The notes under the pieces are model-generated. The model was given only the letters and a program-made list of their open reading frames with translations, was not told where the DNA came from and made no database searches. From Octopus vulgaris (Eukaryota), in the NCBI GenBank assembly GCA_951406725.2, contig OX597831.1, positions 80,786,001 through 80,850,000 of the forward strand: a stretch of DNA of 64,000 nucleotides, given 5' to 3'. The translations under genes and the position numbers were made by a program. This document shows positions 1-13,544 of the stretch, one piece after another (position 1 is the stretch's first letter; each line of letters opens with the position of its first letter).

Positions 1-2314
1 CAACAAGGCATTTGATCTGTTGTTGTTGTGCTTCTACATTTCCTAATGTAACACCATGATGATGATGATGATGATGATGGTAATAATATTACTAATAATA
101 ATAATATAACTGGCCCCCACCTGCAAGGTCGCGTGCTGTTTATCTTGATATGAGATCACCATATCACACACATATGGTCGTGATGCATGTGCTTGGTGTA
201 CCCTTATCAGACGGGTAGTCATGATGGGTATACTGGGCTTTGTATATTTTACCCCAGTGTCACTTTGATGGCATGCACTGCCCTTTCACTCAATAATGAT
301 AATAATAATATCAAATCAAATTCGCAAATTCGATGACTGGCACCCATGCCAGTGGAGCGCTAAGAGCACCATCCAAGCGTGATCGCTGCCAGAGCGGCCG
401 ACTGGCTTCTGTGCTGGTGGCACGTAAAAAGCACCATTCAAACATGATCGTTACCAGAGCCGCCTCACTAGCACTTGTGCCAGAGGCACGTGAAATGCAT
501 TTGAGTGATGTCATTGCCAGTGCCGCTAGACTGGCTCCTGTGCAGGTGGCACATAAAAAACACCACATGAGCATGGCTGTTGCCAGTACCACCTGACTGG
601 CCCTCGTGTCGGTGGAACGTAAAAAACACCCACTACACTCTCAGAGTGGTTGGCATTAGGATCGGCATCCAGCTGTAGAAACTGCCAGATCAGACTGGAG
701 CCTGGTGCAACCATCTGGTTCACCAGCCCTCAGTCAAATCGTCCAACCCATGCTAGCATGGAAAGCGGACGTTAAACGATGATGATGATGATGATGATGA
801 TGAATAATCCTTTATGCTATAGGCACAAGGCCTGAAATTTTAGGGGACGGGAATAGTCGATTATATCGATCCCAGTGTTTCACTGGTACTTAATTTATTG
901 ACCCCTGAAAGGATGAAAGACAGAGTTGACCTCGGTAGAACTTGAACTCAGAACATAAAACTCATGCTATAAACAGCTGGAACAAATACTGCAAAGCAAT
1001 TCTTCTGACTCTTGCCAGAAGTCGGCACTGAAAGATTGTGAATAAAAGAAAAGGTGACGAAAGTTGAAATTAAAATTTTAAGGAAAACTGGTTTACCGTT
1101 TAACCCTTTCGTTACCACATTTCTTTTGGGATGCTCTGTGTTTCTTTCAATTATTTTAAATGCAACAAAGAATTTAGTAAAATGACTTAGTTATCATTCA
1201 GCTAGTGTTAGGAACATAAATTGTAACTAAGGTTTAGTAGAAGATTTTAATTCAAAACTTTTGAAAACAAGACATTTGTACTACAGAGCCAGAGGTGGTC
1301 CTGAAGAGAAGATCAGTTTTAAGTTAGGAATGAAACCATAAATATAGGAAGAGGAATTAAATAATTTTATCGATGCATTTTGTCCTAGCACTCAAACTGC
1401 TCTTCAAAGCTTTTGTTACCATTCTTCTATTGAAATGTTCTGCTTTTGTTTCAATTAATGTTGATAGTTATGAAGATTTTAGTAAAATAACTTTGTGATT
1501 CCCTTTAAAACAGAAAGTTTGTGGGTTGACATTAAAATGCTTTACTCCAGGTTTTAGTCCCTGCAAAGAGAAAATTGTTTAACCTTCTTTTCACCATTCT
1601 GACATTCACAGCTTCTCTTTAATTTGATCTTGAAAATGCTGAGGAATTTAATACAATAATTTTGTCCTTATAAAGCTGGTATTTGAAACATCAATTAACA
1701 TAAAATGTTTGATAGATTTGTCCCTTTAAAACAGGGATTCTGAATCAAAGAACCAGTAGAATCAAGGGCAGTCTTAAGTGAGTTGTGGAAGGGCATGGCT
1801 TAGTGGTTAGAGTGTTAGGTTTGTGGTCGTAAGACTGTGATTTCGATACTGGATCTGACGATGTGTTGACCTCTTGGGCAAAAGTTGTCATTTCACGTTG
1901 TTCCAGTCCACTCAGCTGGCAAAAGTGAGCGACCCTGGACGGGACATAGGTCCATCCTGTCCACTGGCTGAGGGAATATATTCGCCAGAGAATCCGGGAG
2001 ACTGGCCTTATGAGCCTATCTGACCCTTTGCTTAGGTGATTTGCTATAAAAAAGACATTTCAAGGAACTTGAAAAGAAGGTTCCTGCATAAAGTGACAGT
2101 TTCGAAGAGATATAATTCCGTCGCTATGACTTTGAAGGAAAAATAAAAAAAAAAAACAGAATATTCTATTTCTGGCAATCTCAGCGACTCTGTTGTTGCT
2201 TCACAGAAATTCCTGATTTGTGCTGAAGAATTCTGTGTGAGAGTTTCTTATTTTATATTGAAAGTTATTTTTATCTGACGTTGTTTCTGATATTTCCCCC
2301 TCTTCTTATTGTAG

Positions 2315-2409
2315 GGAGAAGGCACAGGCGAGATGTTGTGGGCGTGTGTACGACAAGATTTCAAACAGCTGTTTTGGCGATCCAGGGGAGATAACCCAAT
2401 CAATCCATG
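2315..2409 (+). CDS. NAGS: N-acetylglutamate synthase (vertebrate-like), third-to-last coding exon (NAT/DUF619 domain); upstream exons are outside the window
   Basis: Pyrimidine tract + TAG acceptor (AG 2313-2314), GTATGT donor at 2410. Translates [31 protein letters not shown](W), matching my recollection of human NAGS [32 protein letters not shown]. Phase 0 in, phase 2 out. Confidence 0.93.
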
Positions 2410-2645
2410 GTATGTATTTTGTTATGCATGCAGAGTTGCTTCCCTTACTCCTTTTTTTAACAGTAATTTTATTTTCGCTTATTTTGTAATTTCATTTTCT
2501 TCCTTTATTTTTTGTTTCATCCCTAAGGCTGTGGCCATGCTGGAGCAACTCTTTTTCTTTTGATTATTGAAATGAAAATCTTTCTTGTTAATTGTAGATT
2601 TAGAATATAAATGATTATACTGTGTGCACACTTTTATGTGTGTGT

Positions 2646-2806
2646 AATAATGATAATAACAATAACATTGAAAAATACCTTAGGAATGAGAACCCAGGTT
2701 CGAAATTTACCCAATACACCTGATGAAGGCTGGAGGGTACATCAGCCGAAACGTTGTGTTGAGGACAAACAAGATGAGGACAAATATCCGTCAAATGTAA
2801 ATCATG
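2646..2806 (+). mobile_element. 5'-truncated copy of the tRNA-head/hammerhead SINE-like element
   Basis: Highly similar to 32936-33096 (ttgaaaaataccttaggaatgagaacccaggttcgaaattt...caaatatcc.tcaaatgt). Confidence 0.8.
2716..2759 (+). ncRNA. minimal type I hammerhead ribozyme motif (PLE type) in a NAGS intron
   Basis: Stem I ACAC/GTGT; core CTGATGA (2720-2726) + extra A; stem II GGCTG/CAGCC; GAAA (2748-2751); palindromic stem III ACGT; GUU triplet. Confidence 0.7.
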
Positions 2807-3219
2807 TTCACCAGTGATCCCCATCATTGGTGGTCCCATAGCAGCTCCTCTGCATCCCTCAAGGTGGTATTGAACCTTTGGAGATCTTCCCCAATCACAT
2901 CCAGCCATCTAATGCAGATCCTGCCATGAGGCCCCTTCTTGCTGTGTCAAACGAGAGTAAGGCTCTTGCAGCAAGATCTGGTGGAGGACATGACTATACT
3001 AGCATCTGCGGCAGACAGCAAATGAACCCCAGGTATTCATAGATGCAGGTGTGGCTGCGTGGTAAGAAGCTTGATTCCCAACCCCATGGTTCTGGGTTCA
3101 GTCTCGCTGCTTGGCACCTTGGACAAGTGTCTTCTACTTTTGCCTTGGGCCAATCAAAGCCTTATGAGTGGATTTAGTGGAGGGAAACTGAAAGAATCCC
3201 ATCGAGTGTGTGTGTGTGT

Positions 3220-3285
<66 letters not shown>

Positions 3286-3753
3286 ATATATAGATATGTG
3301 TGTGTGTGTGTGTGTATATATAGATATGTGTGTGTGTGTGTGTGTGTATATATAGATATGTGTGTGTGTGTGTGTGTATATATAGATATGTGTGTGTGTA
3401 TATATATATAGATATGTGCGTGTGTGTATATATATGTATGTGTGTATGTGTGTTTATATACGTGTGTGTGTGTGGTTAGGGCAGTGGATTCGCGGTTGTA
3501 GGATCGCGGTTTCGATTCCCAGACCAGGTGTTTTGAGTGTTTATTGAGTGAAAACACCTAAAAGCTCCATGAGGCTCCAGCAGGGGTGGTGGCAATCCCT
3601 GCTGTACTCTTTCGCCACAACTTCCTCTCACTCTTTCTTCTGTTGGCCTGCTCACTCAGCCAGCGGGGTGGCATCATTTGAAGGCTAAAACAATGCGAAG
3701 CGCATTGTGACCAGCGATGTGTAGCAACATCTGATAGCCTGGTCAGTCACAGT

Positions 3754-3788
<35 letters not shown>

Positions 3789-4044
3789 GTGTGCCTTTGT
3801 GTATGTATTTGTCCACCACTTGACAGACAACCAGTGTTAGTATGTTGACATCCCTGTCACTTAGCAGTTCAGCAAAAGAGTCCCTATGAAATAAGCAGCA
3901 TGCTCAAAAAGGAAGAAATATCTACTGGGGTCAATTGATTGAACTAAAATTCCACAAGGTGATACTCCAGCATGGCCACAGTCTAATGACTGACACAGTT
4001 AAAAGAAACATGTATCTTACAATCCTTCTGTTTCCTTGTTTCAG

Positions 4045-4098
4045 GTATTTTAAGAAATCCGAAGGGAGTTGGAGCAATGGAAAATGGACTGTTTTTTG
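4045..4098 (+). CDS. NAGS: NAGS penultimate coding exon (54 nt)
   Basis: tttccttgtttcAG acceptor, GTGAGT donor at 4099. Phase 2-2, in frame with the previous exon: (W)YFKKSEGSWSNGKWTVF(W), cf. human WYFKHSDGSFSNKQWIFFW. Confidence 0.92.
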
Positions 4099-4717
4099 GT
4101 GAGTAGCAGCGGAGAATTCTCTCTTTGTTGATGTCAGTTATTAATTATTTCTTAATTAGCTTTGGTGTAAGCAAGTATGGGCAGCCGGTTTCAAGAAGCA
4201 GGCCACAAGAGACACGGTTCATCATCAGGAGGGCTACGCTACTAAAAGAGAAAGTGTTGGTAATTTTTTGTTATGTGTGCCATTCAGAGAATCCTGTGGC
4301 CCATGGGCCGCAGGTTGCCCCTGATTGATGTAGGAAATAGCCGTTTGTCAAGCAGAGAGGACGTTGGTCTACTAATTTGAAAGTTCAAAAGTTCATATCC
4401 TCACCAGTTTTGTTGCTAATGCCTCAGTGCTTAGCTCTCGATGGCCCAGTCCACCAAGTTGTAAACATGCACCACAGTATGGTGCAGTTCACTGCTGCAG
4501 TAAGCAGGAGCAATGAATGTGTGTATAACTGATGAATGTTGCAGTGGCTCACGACCCTGAATTGAACTCTTAACCGGTAAGTAAATTCTCATTGTTCCAT
4601 AAGCCTCCAGGGGCTTTTTAAGGAGTGGCGCTTGGCTGCCACGCCATTGCATCGGACAGACGAGTGATAACTGTCTGCAAGGATAGGACACTAGTCTATC
4701 ACAGCTAATGTTCCCAG

Positions 4718-4955
4718 ATAATCTGGTACCTATTCCTTGATGCTGTGGTACCTAAACTTATACATGATTTGGTACCAGTTCACAGAGGATCTGCTACCTC
4801 TTCTCTGATAATCTTGTACCTAAATTTATGATGTGGGATGTGTTCCCAAATGATCTGTTCCCTATTACTAAATGTTGTGATACTTCTCTGAAAATCTGGT
4901 ACCTAAATGTTTTGCATGATCTGGTCTCTCTCTGCCCTGATGACCTGCTGCCTAT
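4718..4955 (+). repeat. degenerate minisatellite (about 9 units of ATCTGGTACCT-like core)
   Basis: atctggtacct, gtggtacct, tttggtacca, atctgctacct, atcttgtacct, atctgttccct, atctggtacct, atctggtctct, acctgctgcct. Confidence 0.6.
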
Positions 4956-7039
4956 TGTGAGATGATTGGCTCTCTGTTCTGAACAGTAAAGCTTCTGCCA
5001 TGGAATGATGTAGAGTTTGCTCTGCTTTTCATTGGCTGTTCACTGTTCCCTTCTTGTCCAATGAAATCCACTGCTTGGCGGTATTGTGATGACCAATGGC
5101 CAAGCGGATGTGTGTATGTGTGTACCAACGCTCACACACTTTTCGAGCCCAGATGCTCTGACATTGCATCTCACTGCAGTTTGTAGGACTTGTCTTAATT
5201 AGGATTTCTTCATTCGTTAGTTCTTTTACATTCGTTACTGTTTTTATGTTCATTTTGTCATGTTTGTATGGGCGGGATGGCCTTTCTGTCGGCACCATTA
5301 TTTTTACAGTTGCATGGATGCCCTACCACTAACCACTCGACCGTGAAGTAGGAGTGGAACAGGCAAACAAACTGGAGCAAGCAGAATAATTATAATGATA
5401 ATAACAATAACGTGCCTTGCTCAAGGGGCACAACACACACAAACCCGCTGTAGTCAGGTTTTGAACCCATGACCTTACAGTCGGCATCATCAGTCCAGCA
5501 CCTTAACTGGTCACGGTAAGTGACACAGAGTATTCTGTACGGACTGTCTTTTGTTAGTTACTAAACTCATCTATAATGAAACATCACCGACTAACATCTT
5601 AAAATATATGTGAATGTCTCGCATAAAATAAAAAATAAAATTGAATTAAATTAAAAAGCTGGAATTCAAATCCGTTGTAGTTTAAAAACTTTTATTTTGG
5701 TTCAAAACTTTTTTTTGTTTTTAAAAAAAAATTTAGTTTGACCTTTCACCTTTTTTTTGTAGTCCACACTCCACTGCCTCTGTCAGTGTAATATTTTCTA
5801 ATCTCTAGAAATAACTGTAAATTAAATTATTTTGTTTTTTTATATCCAACTAAACATGGATGCCTCGTTAGAACACCAAATATCGCCTAATTAGCCTTGA
5901 AAGATCCCCTCATGCTTCTCTTGCTAATAATTAATTTTGTCTTCATTGTCTCCCCCACATGTCCACTTTGTTGGGTTCATCATCATCACCATCATCGTTT
6001 AACGTCCGCTTTCCATGCTGGCATGGGTTGGATGATTTGACTGAGGACTGGCAAACCAGATGGCTGCGCCAGGCTCCAATCTGATCAGGCAGAGTTTCTA
6101 CAGCTGGATGCTCTTCCAAACGCCAACCACTCCAAGAATGTAGTGGGTGCTTTTGAAGTGCCACCGGCTCGAGGGCCACTCTGGGTTGAATTTAGTAAAA
6201 TGCTTATAAGAAATTTTGTCACAGACATATTTGCCATAGGAAAATTCACTGTTGAAAATTTCATTTTAAATGACCTCATCACGTTTTTTTGTAAATGTTT
6301 GGTATTGTATAAAGGTTTCTCTGTCTAATACTTTTATAAAAACCTTTTATCATTCTTTGTTTATCTTTAAAAAATGATGATGTAATTTGCTTTGTCATTG
6401 TCTGTACGACAAATTTGTCTTACAGTAAATTTTCCGGTAAAGTGAAATTTCCTGCAGTGAATTTTCCGGACACCTAAAATAACTCTTCCTTTTATTATGA
6501 TCAAGCTAGTATTAGGAACACTTCAAGGCTAGTTGCATTGTGTCTTTGGACTATTCTTGTTGCAGTTGTGTATAGGCAACTCCTAACATACATTTTGCAT
6601 CCAGGAAGTGGGGGTGGGGCAGTGTTTTTGTTTTGTGTTTTTTTTTTCTTTTCCCATTTCGGTCGTTTGTTGAAATGAGACAATTTGGTGCACCTGTTTG
6701 TTTGGAGGCTGACGATTTGGCATGGCTGACTGGACATTCGGCTTACTTTGGCATATTGCAGGCAAATACACCTGCGTCCAATTGCACAACTTTCTCTCAC
6801 TCTTCCTTCCTGTTTCTGTTGTTGCCCCTTGTATTTCAAAGGGGAGCCAGCCTTGTCACAGTCTGTGTGACGCTGAATCTCTTACAGTTTGTCTGCAGTG
6901 CTTGGTGAGGAACAGCAGACTTTAACTGAGCACTCAACGTGTCTGTGGAGTGCTCAATCACTTGCACGTTAATTTCACGAGCAGGCTGTTCCATTGATTG
7001 GATCAACTGGAACCCTCGTCATAACTGACAGAGTGCCAC

Positions 7040-7621
7040 AACCTTTTTCTCTTCACGCCAGCCATTTCAGCCCAAATATTCTACATGTTTTTACGTTCAA
7101 ACCAGCTGGATCCAGCATTTCCCACCAGCCCTACAATGTCATTCTAACAATAAGCTGTCACCTCATTGCAATCTCAAAGTTACAAAATACTCTTTTACTT
7201 GTTTCAGTCATTTGACTATGGCCATGCTGGAGCACCGCCTTTGTAGTCGAACCGCTAAGTTACAGGGATGTAAACACACCAGCATCGGTTGTCAAGCGAT
7301 GTTGGGGGGGACAAACACAGACACACAAACATACACACACACACACATATAAATATATAAATACATACATATATATATGACGGGCTTCTTTCAGTTTCTG
7401 TATACCAAATCCACTCACACGGCTTTGGTCGGCCCGAGGCTATAGTAGATGACACTTGCCCAAGGTGCCACACAGTGGGACTGAACCTGGAACCATGTGG
7501 TTGGTAAGCAAGCTACTTACCACACAGCCACTCCTACGCCAAATAATGTACGATTCGTTCAAAGCTGTGTTAATAAATAAGGATTACATTTGACAGAATA
7601 ATATGAATGCGAAAGGGTTAA
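7040..7621. mobile_element. TTAA/CCCTTT (piggyBac-like) MITE split by a CORE-like SINE at 7190-7540; relatives at ~28410-28637 and ~34220-34450; a second TTAA family at ~1099-1300, 1410-1780, 33920-34090, 34710-34890
   Basis: Ends in GAAAGGGTTAA; shared body ccctacaatgtcattcta; other copies start TTAACCCTTT. Confidence 0.55.
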
Positions 7622-9769
7622 AGTCTGCGGTTCCTCACCAAAGCACTGCAGACAAACTCTAAGATCTTCCATAACATTTAACAGCGATGATGGACATTGT
7701 GAATTTCTTGGGTTCCCATTCAGCTGAACTCAACAAAATCTCAAGATCATTGTTTCACATGGGTGGCTGAGCTAAGGGATAAGCTCGTTGGGGGCACTAT
7801 GAGAATTGCAAGAAGGGCAGATAAATTACCATGAAGCTTTTTAAACCCATCCAATTCCGACATGTTGAGTGAAGGAAAAGAATTTTATGGTTGAAGAATC
7901 TGCTTTGGGGTTTCATAAATAAGGAATTGGATGTTGAGTGAGCTGGGGAGAGGTGGATGGAATTTGGCTGATTTTTTTTTTTTTCCTTTGCGGGTTGGGC
8001 AAGGTTTGTGTTTTTCAGTTTGAGGACTGTTAGAAATAACAGCTAAATTCCCTCTGAACCACACTGTATCATCTTAAGGAACAAATAAGGAAGGCCACAT
8101 TAATGTAGACAGTGTTGGATGGAATTCACTGTGTTATGAAACTAAGACAGTGTAGTCGTGGCTTTAATCCTGGGCCTCCTCAATCAGATCTAACCTAGGG
8201 TTAAACAATAACATCTACTTTATTTTCCTGGCATGCAAGTTGAAATTTTCAGACTGAAATTTATCCCAGCCTCCCTAAAAGATAAGGTAGATCGGTTTAT
8301 TCATTAAGACAACTTTAAAAGACTGAAAATTCCTTGTGAAATGCAATTGAATTTGGAAAGGTAGTGACAGGTATTTGAATAATTTATTCTAAATATTCTT
8401 TTCTACTCTAGGCACAAGGCCTGAAATTTTTGGGGACTGGGGGCAGTCGATTAGATTGACATCAGTATGCAACTGGTACTTAATTTATCGACCCTGAAAG
8501 GGATGAAGGGCAAAGTCAACTTTGGTGGGATTTGAACTCAGAACATAACGGCAGACAAAATACTTATTTCTTTACTACCCACAAGGGGCTAAACACAGAG
8601 AGGACAAATAAGGACAGACAAACGGATTAAGTCAATTACATCGACCCCAGTATGTAACTAGTACTTAATTTATCGACCCTGAAAGGATGAAAAGCAAAGT
8701 CGACCTCGGCGGAATTTGAACTCAGAACGTAGCGGCAGACGAAATACCGCTAAGCATTTCGCCTGACGTGCTAACGTTTCTGCCAGCTCACTGCCATTAA
8801 ATTTATTCCTTTCTACTCTAGACACAAGGCCCCAAATTTTTTTTGTGGGTGGGAGGTGGGGGGGCAGTTGATTAGATCAATCCCAGTATGCAACTGGTAC
8901 TTAATTCATCGACCCTGAAAGGATGAAGGGCAAAGTCAACCTTGCCAGAATTTGAACTCAGAACGTAAAGACAGACGAAATACTGCTAAGCATTTCATTC
9001 CTAACGTTTCTGCCAGTTTTCCGCCATGATTCATTCTAAATATTACATCAACTTCTATGCTGGAAAGTAACATATTACAACCACTGGTACCTTTCATCCA
9101 TTAGTACCTTACAACACACACACACACACACACACACACTTTAACCTGAATATTATAGAATTCATAGTCAAAGCCCTCCTTCCTATTTTCTTCACATTGT
9201 CAATGCTGCCATGATAGCAAAGATTCCTTGCCTTTACTCCCTACTAATTACCCTTTTTTTTTCCATTTCACTATCCTTCCCTTACTAAAACCCTCAGTGC
9301 ACCTCATTAAATTTGTTGCCTTTTAGACCTTCCATACTTTCTATTGTTTATTTCTGTTTCCAATGAAAGCCATCTTTAAAATTTATAATCTGCTTTTTTT
9401 TTTTCTTCCTTTTATTTATTGCACTTATTGGGCTGTGGCCATGCTGGGGCACCACCTTGAAGGGTTTAGTCATACAAATCAATATCCTTGCTTTTGCTTT
9501 ATTTTTAATTTTTAAAGTTTATCAGTTTTTTTGCCAAACCACTAAGTTATGGTCAGACAAACCAAATGTCAGTCATTAAGTGGAGTGGGGTGATAAACAT
9601 AAAACATACACAACGGGCTTCCACACAGTTTCCGACTATCAAATTCACTCACAAGGCTTTTTGTCAACCTGAGACTATAATAGGAGACACTTGCCCGAGG
9701 TGCTGCAGAGTGGGATTGAACCTGAAATTACACGATGGCAAAACAGGCTTCTTAACTGTTCCTTCTAAT

Positions 9770-10270
9770 GTGATGTGGTGGAGAGGATCAAGAGAGAGAG
9801 AGAGAGAGAGGTTCTTCTCACTTCGTGTATGGGTTTTTTTTGTGTGTGGTCCTTTTTCTCTTCCTTCCCTATTATTGCCAGAAATCTGCTGCCCCTGCTT
9901 CCTTTCCTGTCTTCCCCTCATTGCCATAAGACCTATCCCTGCTTGTTATGCTTTTTCTGAAAGGGATTCTGAGGCTTCTTCCAAATTCACTCTTGGAACT
10001 AAGGATGAGGCATTGATTTCCATCATTTCTGCCCCTATCCCTAGGGCTGCCCTGCAAACAACATCCTCTGCAGTCTTAAACCTTCTTTACTGCTCTTTTT
10101 CCCCCTTCAGGTCCTGTAGCTCTTCTGGACCGGAAGCATTTAGGTGACTCTTACTTCCACATGTGTGGCAGCTAGACCTTGTGTTCTGAGCAACCAGTCA
10201 GTCACAAAGACCTTTATGACAGCACCCACAACAGGGCAGTACTCTGGAATCATTTTGAGGTCACAAAGAC
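9770..10270 (-). mobile_element. possible LINE ORF1 (gag-like) remnant
   Basis: CHTCGSKSH resembles a CX2CX4H knuckle (last C lost), followed by a K/E-rich segment; broken frames. Confidence 0.3.
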
Positions 10271-11499
10271 TTCATTTTTGTTTTCATCATCATTTTTTTT
10301 TTTCCTTTTAACATTCGTTTTTCTACATTTGCCTGAGCTGAATAAAGTTTATTTGGGGTGGGGGGGGTGCAGAGTTTCTGTGGCTGGATGCCTCTCCTGT
10401 CACCAACACCCAACTGTTCATTTCCAAGCATGGTAATATTTCCTCATGGCTAGTCATGTCTTCGTTGTTGAATATAGGAAATAAACGGCACTGTTTGTAT
10501 GTCAATGACAACCACTTGACAACTGTCACACACGGTGGTGAACTGGGTCTAAGAATATTGGTTGCCAGGAGACTAAGGGGTCCCACCCACAACTACAATG
10601 CTAGCATTGAATGTTATTTTTTTTTTTGTTAAGGATATTCTTTTCAACTGTCTACAAACACAGCCAGGTTGAAATAATTAATGCATTCATCCAGGAGTGA
10701 ATACAAAATTCTCAAATTTGAGGGGATGGGCCCCTTAGATACTGGCATGGGCCCCCATATATGGATTCTAATGGTGGCAACCTGGCCAGTCTTCCACTTC
10801 TCACACATATATCATCATCATCATCATCTTATAACAACTGTTTCTATGCCGGTGTGGGTTGGACAGGCTGGAGAGCTGCACCAGGTTCCAGTTGTCTGTT
10901 TTGGCTGGGTTTCTACAGCTGGATGCCCTTCCTGGCCCCCAACCACTTTACAGTGTGTGCTGGCGGCTTTTTACATAGCACCAGCTCAGGTGTTTTTATG
11001 TGGTGCCAGAAGAGTCACCAAATACATACAGACCTACCTGTCTTTCTATCTGTCAGACATTTAATGACGATGATGATATATGACAGGCTTCTTTCAGTTT
11101 CCCTCTACTAAATCCACTGACAAGGTTTTGGTTGTCCCAACGTCATAGTAAAAGACACTTGCCCAAGGTACCACACAGTGGGACTGAACCCGAAACCATG
11201 TAGTCGGGAAGCAAGCTTCTTAACCCCACAGCTGTCCCTGCCTTGTATACCCCAACGGATTCTGCATGTACCTATCTGTCTGTATGTTGATCTGTTTATT
11301 TTCATATCCATATGCTTACATAAAAAAAAGTGCATACACACACACACACACACACACATCTATCTACATAACAGTCTACTAACTATTCTACTCTACCTGT
11401 GTAGATATACCTCCATACCCACAGTTTACACACAAACATATAAAGAATCTTGCAAACCAAATCCAAAAACGAAAAAAAATAATTATGATAATAATAATA

Positions 11500-11812
11500 A
11501 TAAGGGGCTGATTCCTACCTAGCTCAGATACCAGGAAACCCCAAAATGGCAGAAATTCAAAAGATAGTGCTCATGAGAACTGCCCATATCCTACATAAAA
11601 TACTGTCTATATAAACTCAAATTCTTAAAAATTCTTATAATTTTCTTGTACTTTCTTAAACATTCTCTAGAACAATACTTTGTGCAAAACCAAATAGATG
11701 ACATCCTAGTCATAACACCAACTTGAACTCCTAACTTGTTGTCTCTTGGGGTCTCTGGGTGAGACTTGGAGCCAACTTGTACAAATACAAAGCAAAAGTC
11801 AAACATAAAATA
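11500..11812 (+). mobile_element. R4/Dong-like LINE extreme 3' end next to (TAA)n
   Basis: AQIPGNPKMAEIQKIVLMRTAHILHKILS matches the IQK.VL.GTA.IL terminal motif. Confidence 0.6.
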
Positions 11813-12017
11813 TCAATAGTAATCCTTTCTGGTATAGACACAATGCCTGAAATTTGGGGGAGGAGGATGGCCGATTACTCAATTAGTACTTATTTTATCG
11901 ACCCCAAAAGGATGAAAGCAAAGTTGACTTTGGTAGAATTTGAACTCTGAACATAAAGACAAGCAAAATGCTACTAAGCATTTTCCCCAGCAATAACGAT
12001 TTTGCCAGATCACTGCC

Positions 12018-12056
<39 letters not shown>

Positions 12057-12296
12057 GTAATAATAATAATAATCCTTTCTACAAAAGGTACAAGGACTGA
12101 ACTTTGGTGGGAGGGAACCAGCCGATTACATTGACCCCAGTGTTCAACTGGTACTTAATTTATCGACCCCAAAAATGATGAAAGGCAAAGTCGACCTCAG
12201 CAGAATTTGAACTCAGAACATAAAGATGGATGAAATGCTTCTAAGCATTTTGGCCAGTATGCTAACAATTCTGCCAGATCATTGCCTTTATAATTA

Positions 12297-12627
12297 AGAC
12301 CCCCTTCGGTCACGACATTGACCATGGGATTGCACCTAGAAAGTTACCCTCCCAGGCACAAGTCCGGGCAAGGTTGTTTTATGGAAGACCAGCAATCGCC
12401 CATGCATACCGGCCTCCCCTCTCCACGCTACCAGTGTTATCCAAGGGAAAGGCAAAGGGGCCAATACAGCTTGGCACCAGTGACGTTGCAACTCATTTCT
12501 ACAGCTGAGTGAACTGGAGCAATGTGAAATAAAGTGTCTTGCTCAAGAACACAACATGCAGCCCGGTCTGGGATTCGAACTCATGATCATAAGCTCGACG
12601 CTCTAATCACTGAGCCATGCGCCTTCA
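12297..12627 (-). repeat. further tRNA/CORE-like SINE family; relatives at ~1788-2030, 30496-30661, 31184-31379
   Basis: Minus strand TGGCTCAGTGATTAGAGC A box, GTTCGAATCCC B box, TTCTTGAGCAAGACACTTTATTTC. Confidence 0.75.
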
Positions 12628-12639
12628 CATAATAATTAT

Positions 12640-13500
12640 AATAAAGGAGGAAAGTCAGGAGAAAATGAATTCCAAAATAGGGATAGAAAGAAAGAAGAAA
12701 ACCTGTGGGAGGATAAGATGGTGGCTGGGCCAGTTGCTGAGGGAGAGCTAAGGACAGAGAGCGAGGTGGGAGAGGGCTGTGTGCAGCCTGAAAGAGAGGC
12801 CTTGATAGGTGCAGCACAGAAACAAACATTAAGAACTGTGTTGAGCAGAGAATTGACCAATCAGCAGAATATGAGACAAATGCAGAATGTATGGTGAAAC
12901 TGGAGAGACAGTGTGGCATGTTTTAAGCAAATACTGCAAATTGGCCCCGAGAGAATACAAGGGAAGGCATGACAATGTTGCCGGAATGGTCCACTGGGAA
13001 CTATGTGACGAGTTTGGATTAGAAAGTGCAAGAATTAGAATGAGCACGAGGTAAATGGTGTCGTAGGAAATGACTGAGTGAAAGCTTCTTTGGGATTTGA
13101 TGAGTCAGTGTGATTCTAGAACTGAACATTGGGAAGCTTTTGTACCTGGTAGACAAAGACATTCATGCCTGATGATAGACACCACTTGTGTTGGTAACAG
13201 CAAAATTATTCAAAGAAAAGGAGAAGAACTGACATGATAGGAAGCTCTGCAGAGAGAAATCAAAAAGCTGCAGTCAACAAAAAGAGTGTAAAGTGTACTA
13301 ATTAAGTGTTGGTGCCTGAAAAATGGGAATTGGTTGGAAGCAGTAAGAATAAAAGTGAAAATAGATCATGTCCAGATAACAGCATTATTTGGCAGGGTGA
13401 GGAGTCTTCACAAATTCTCCAAACTCGGTAAGAAAGTGCCACCAAAGTTCATGGCAAGTAAACAGCTCGTACAGTAATGGTGCCCTCCAGCATTGTTAGA
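12640..13500 (+). mobile_element. decayed R4/Dong-like (RLE) non-LTR retrotransposon 3' region
   Basis: DKCRMYGETGETVWHVLSKYCKLAPREYKGRHDNVAGMVHWELCDEFGL (Zn knuckle + RHD motif), followed by (TAG)/(TAA)n. Confidence 0.7.
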
Positions 13501-13544
13501 TGTAGCAGCAGTGGTAGTAGTAGTAGTAGTAATAATAATAATAA

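Noticed and set aside
1301-1340. CTGAAGA...GAAAC as another hammerhead
   Set aside because: No stem I or II pairing and no palindromic stem III.
4045-4098. Alternative open frame (ILRNPKGVGAMENGLFF) for the 54-nt exon
   Set aside because: Only the phase 2-2 frame joins the flanking exons and matches NAGS.
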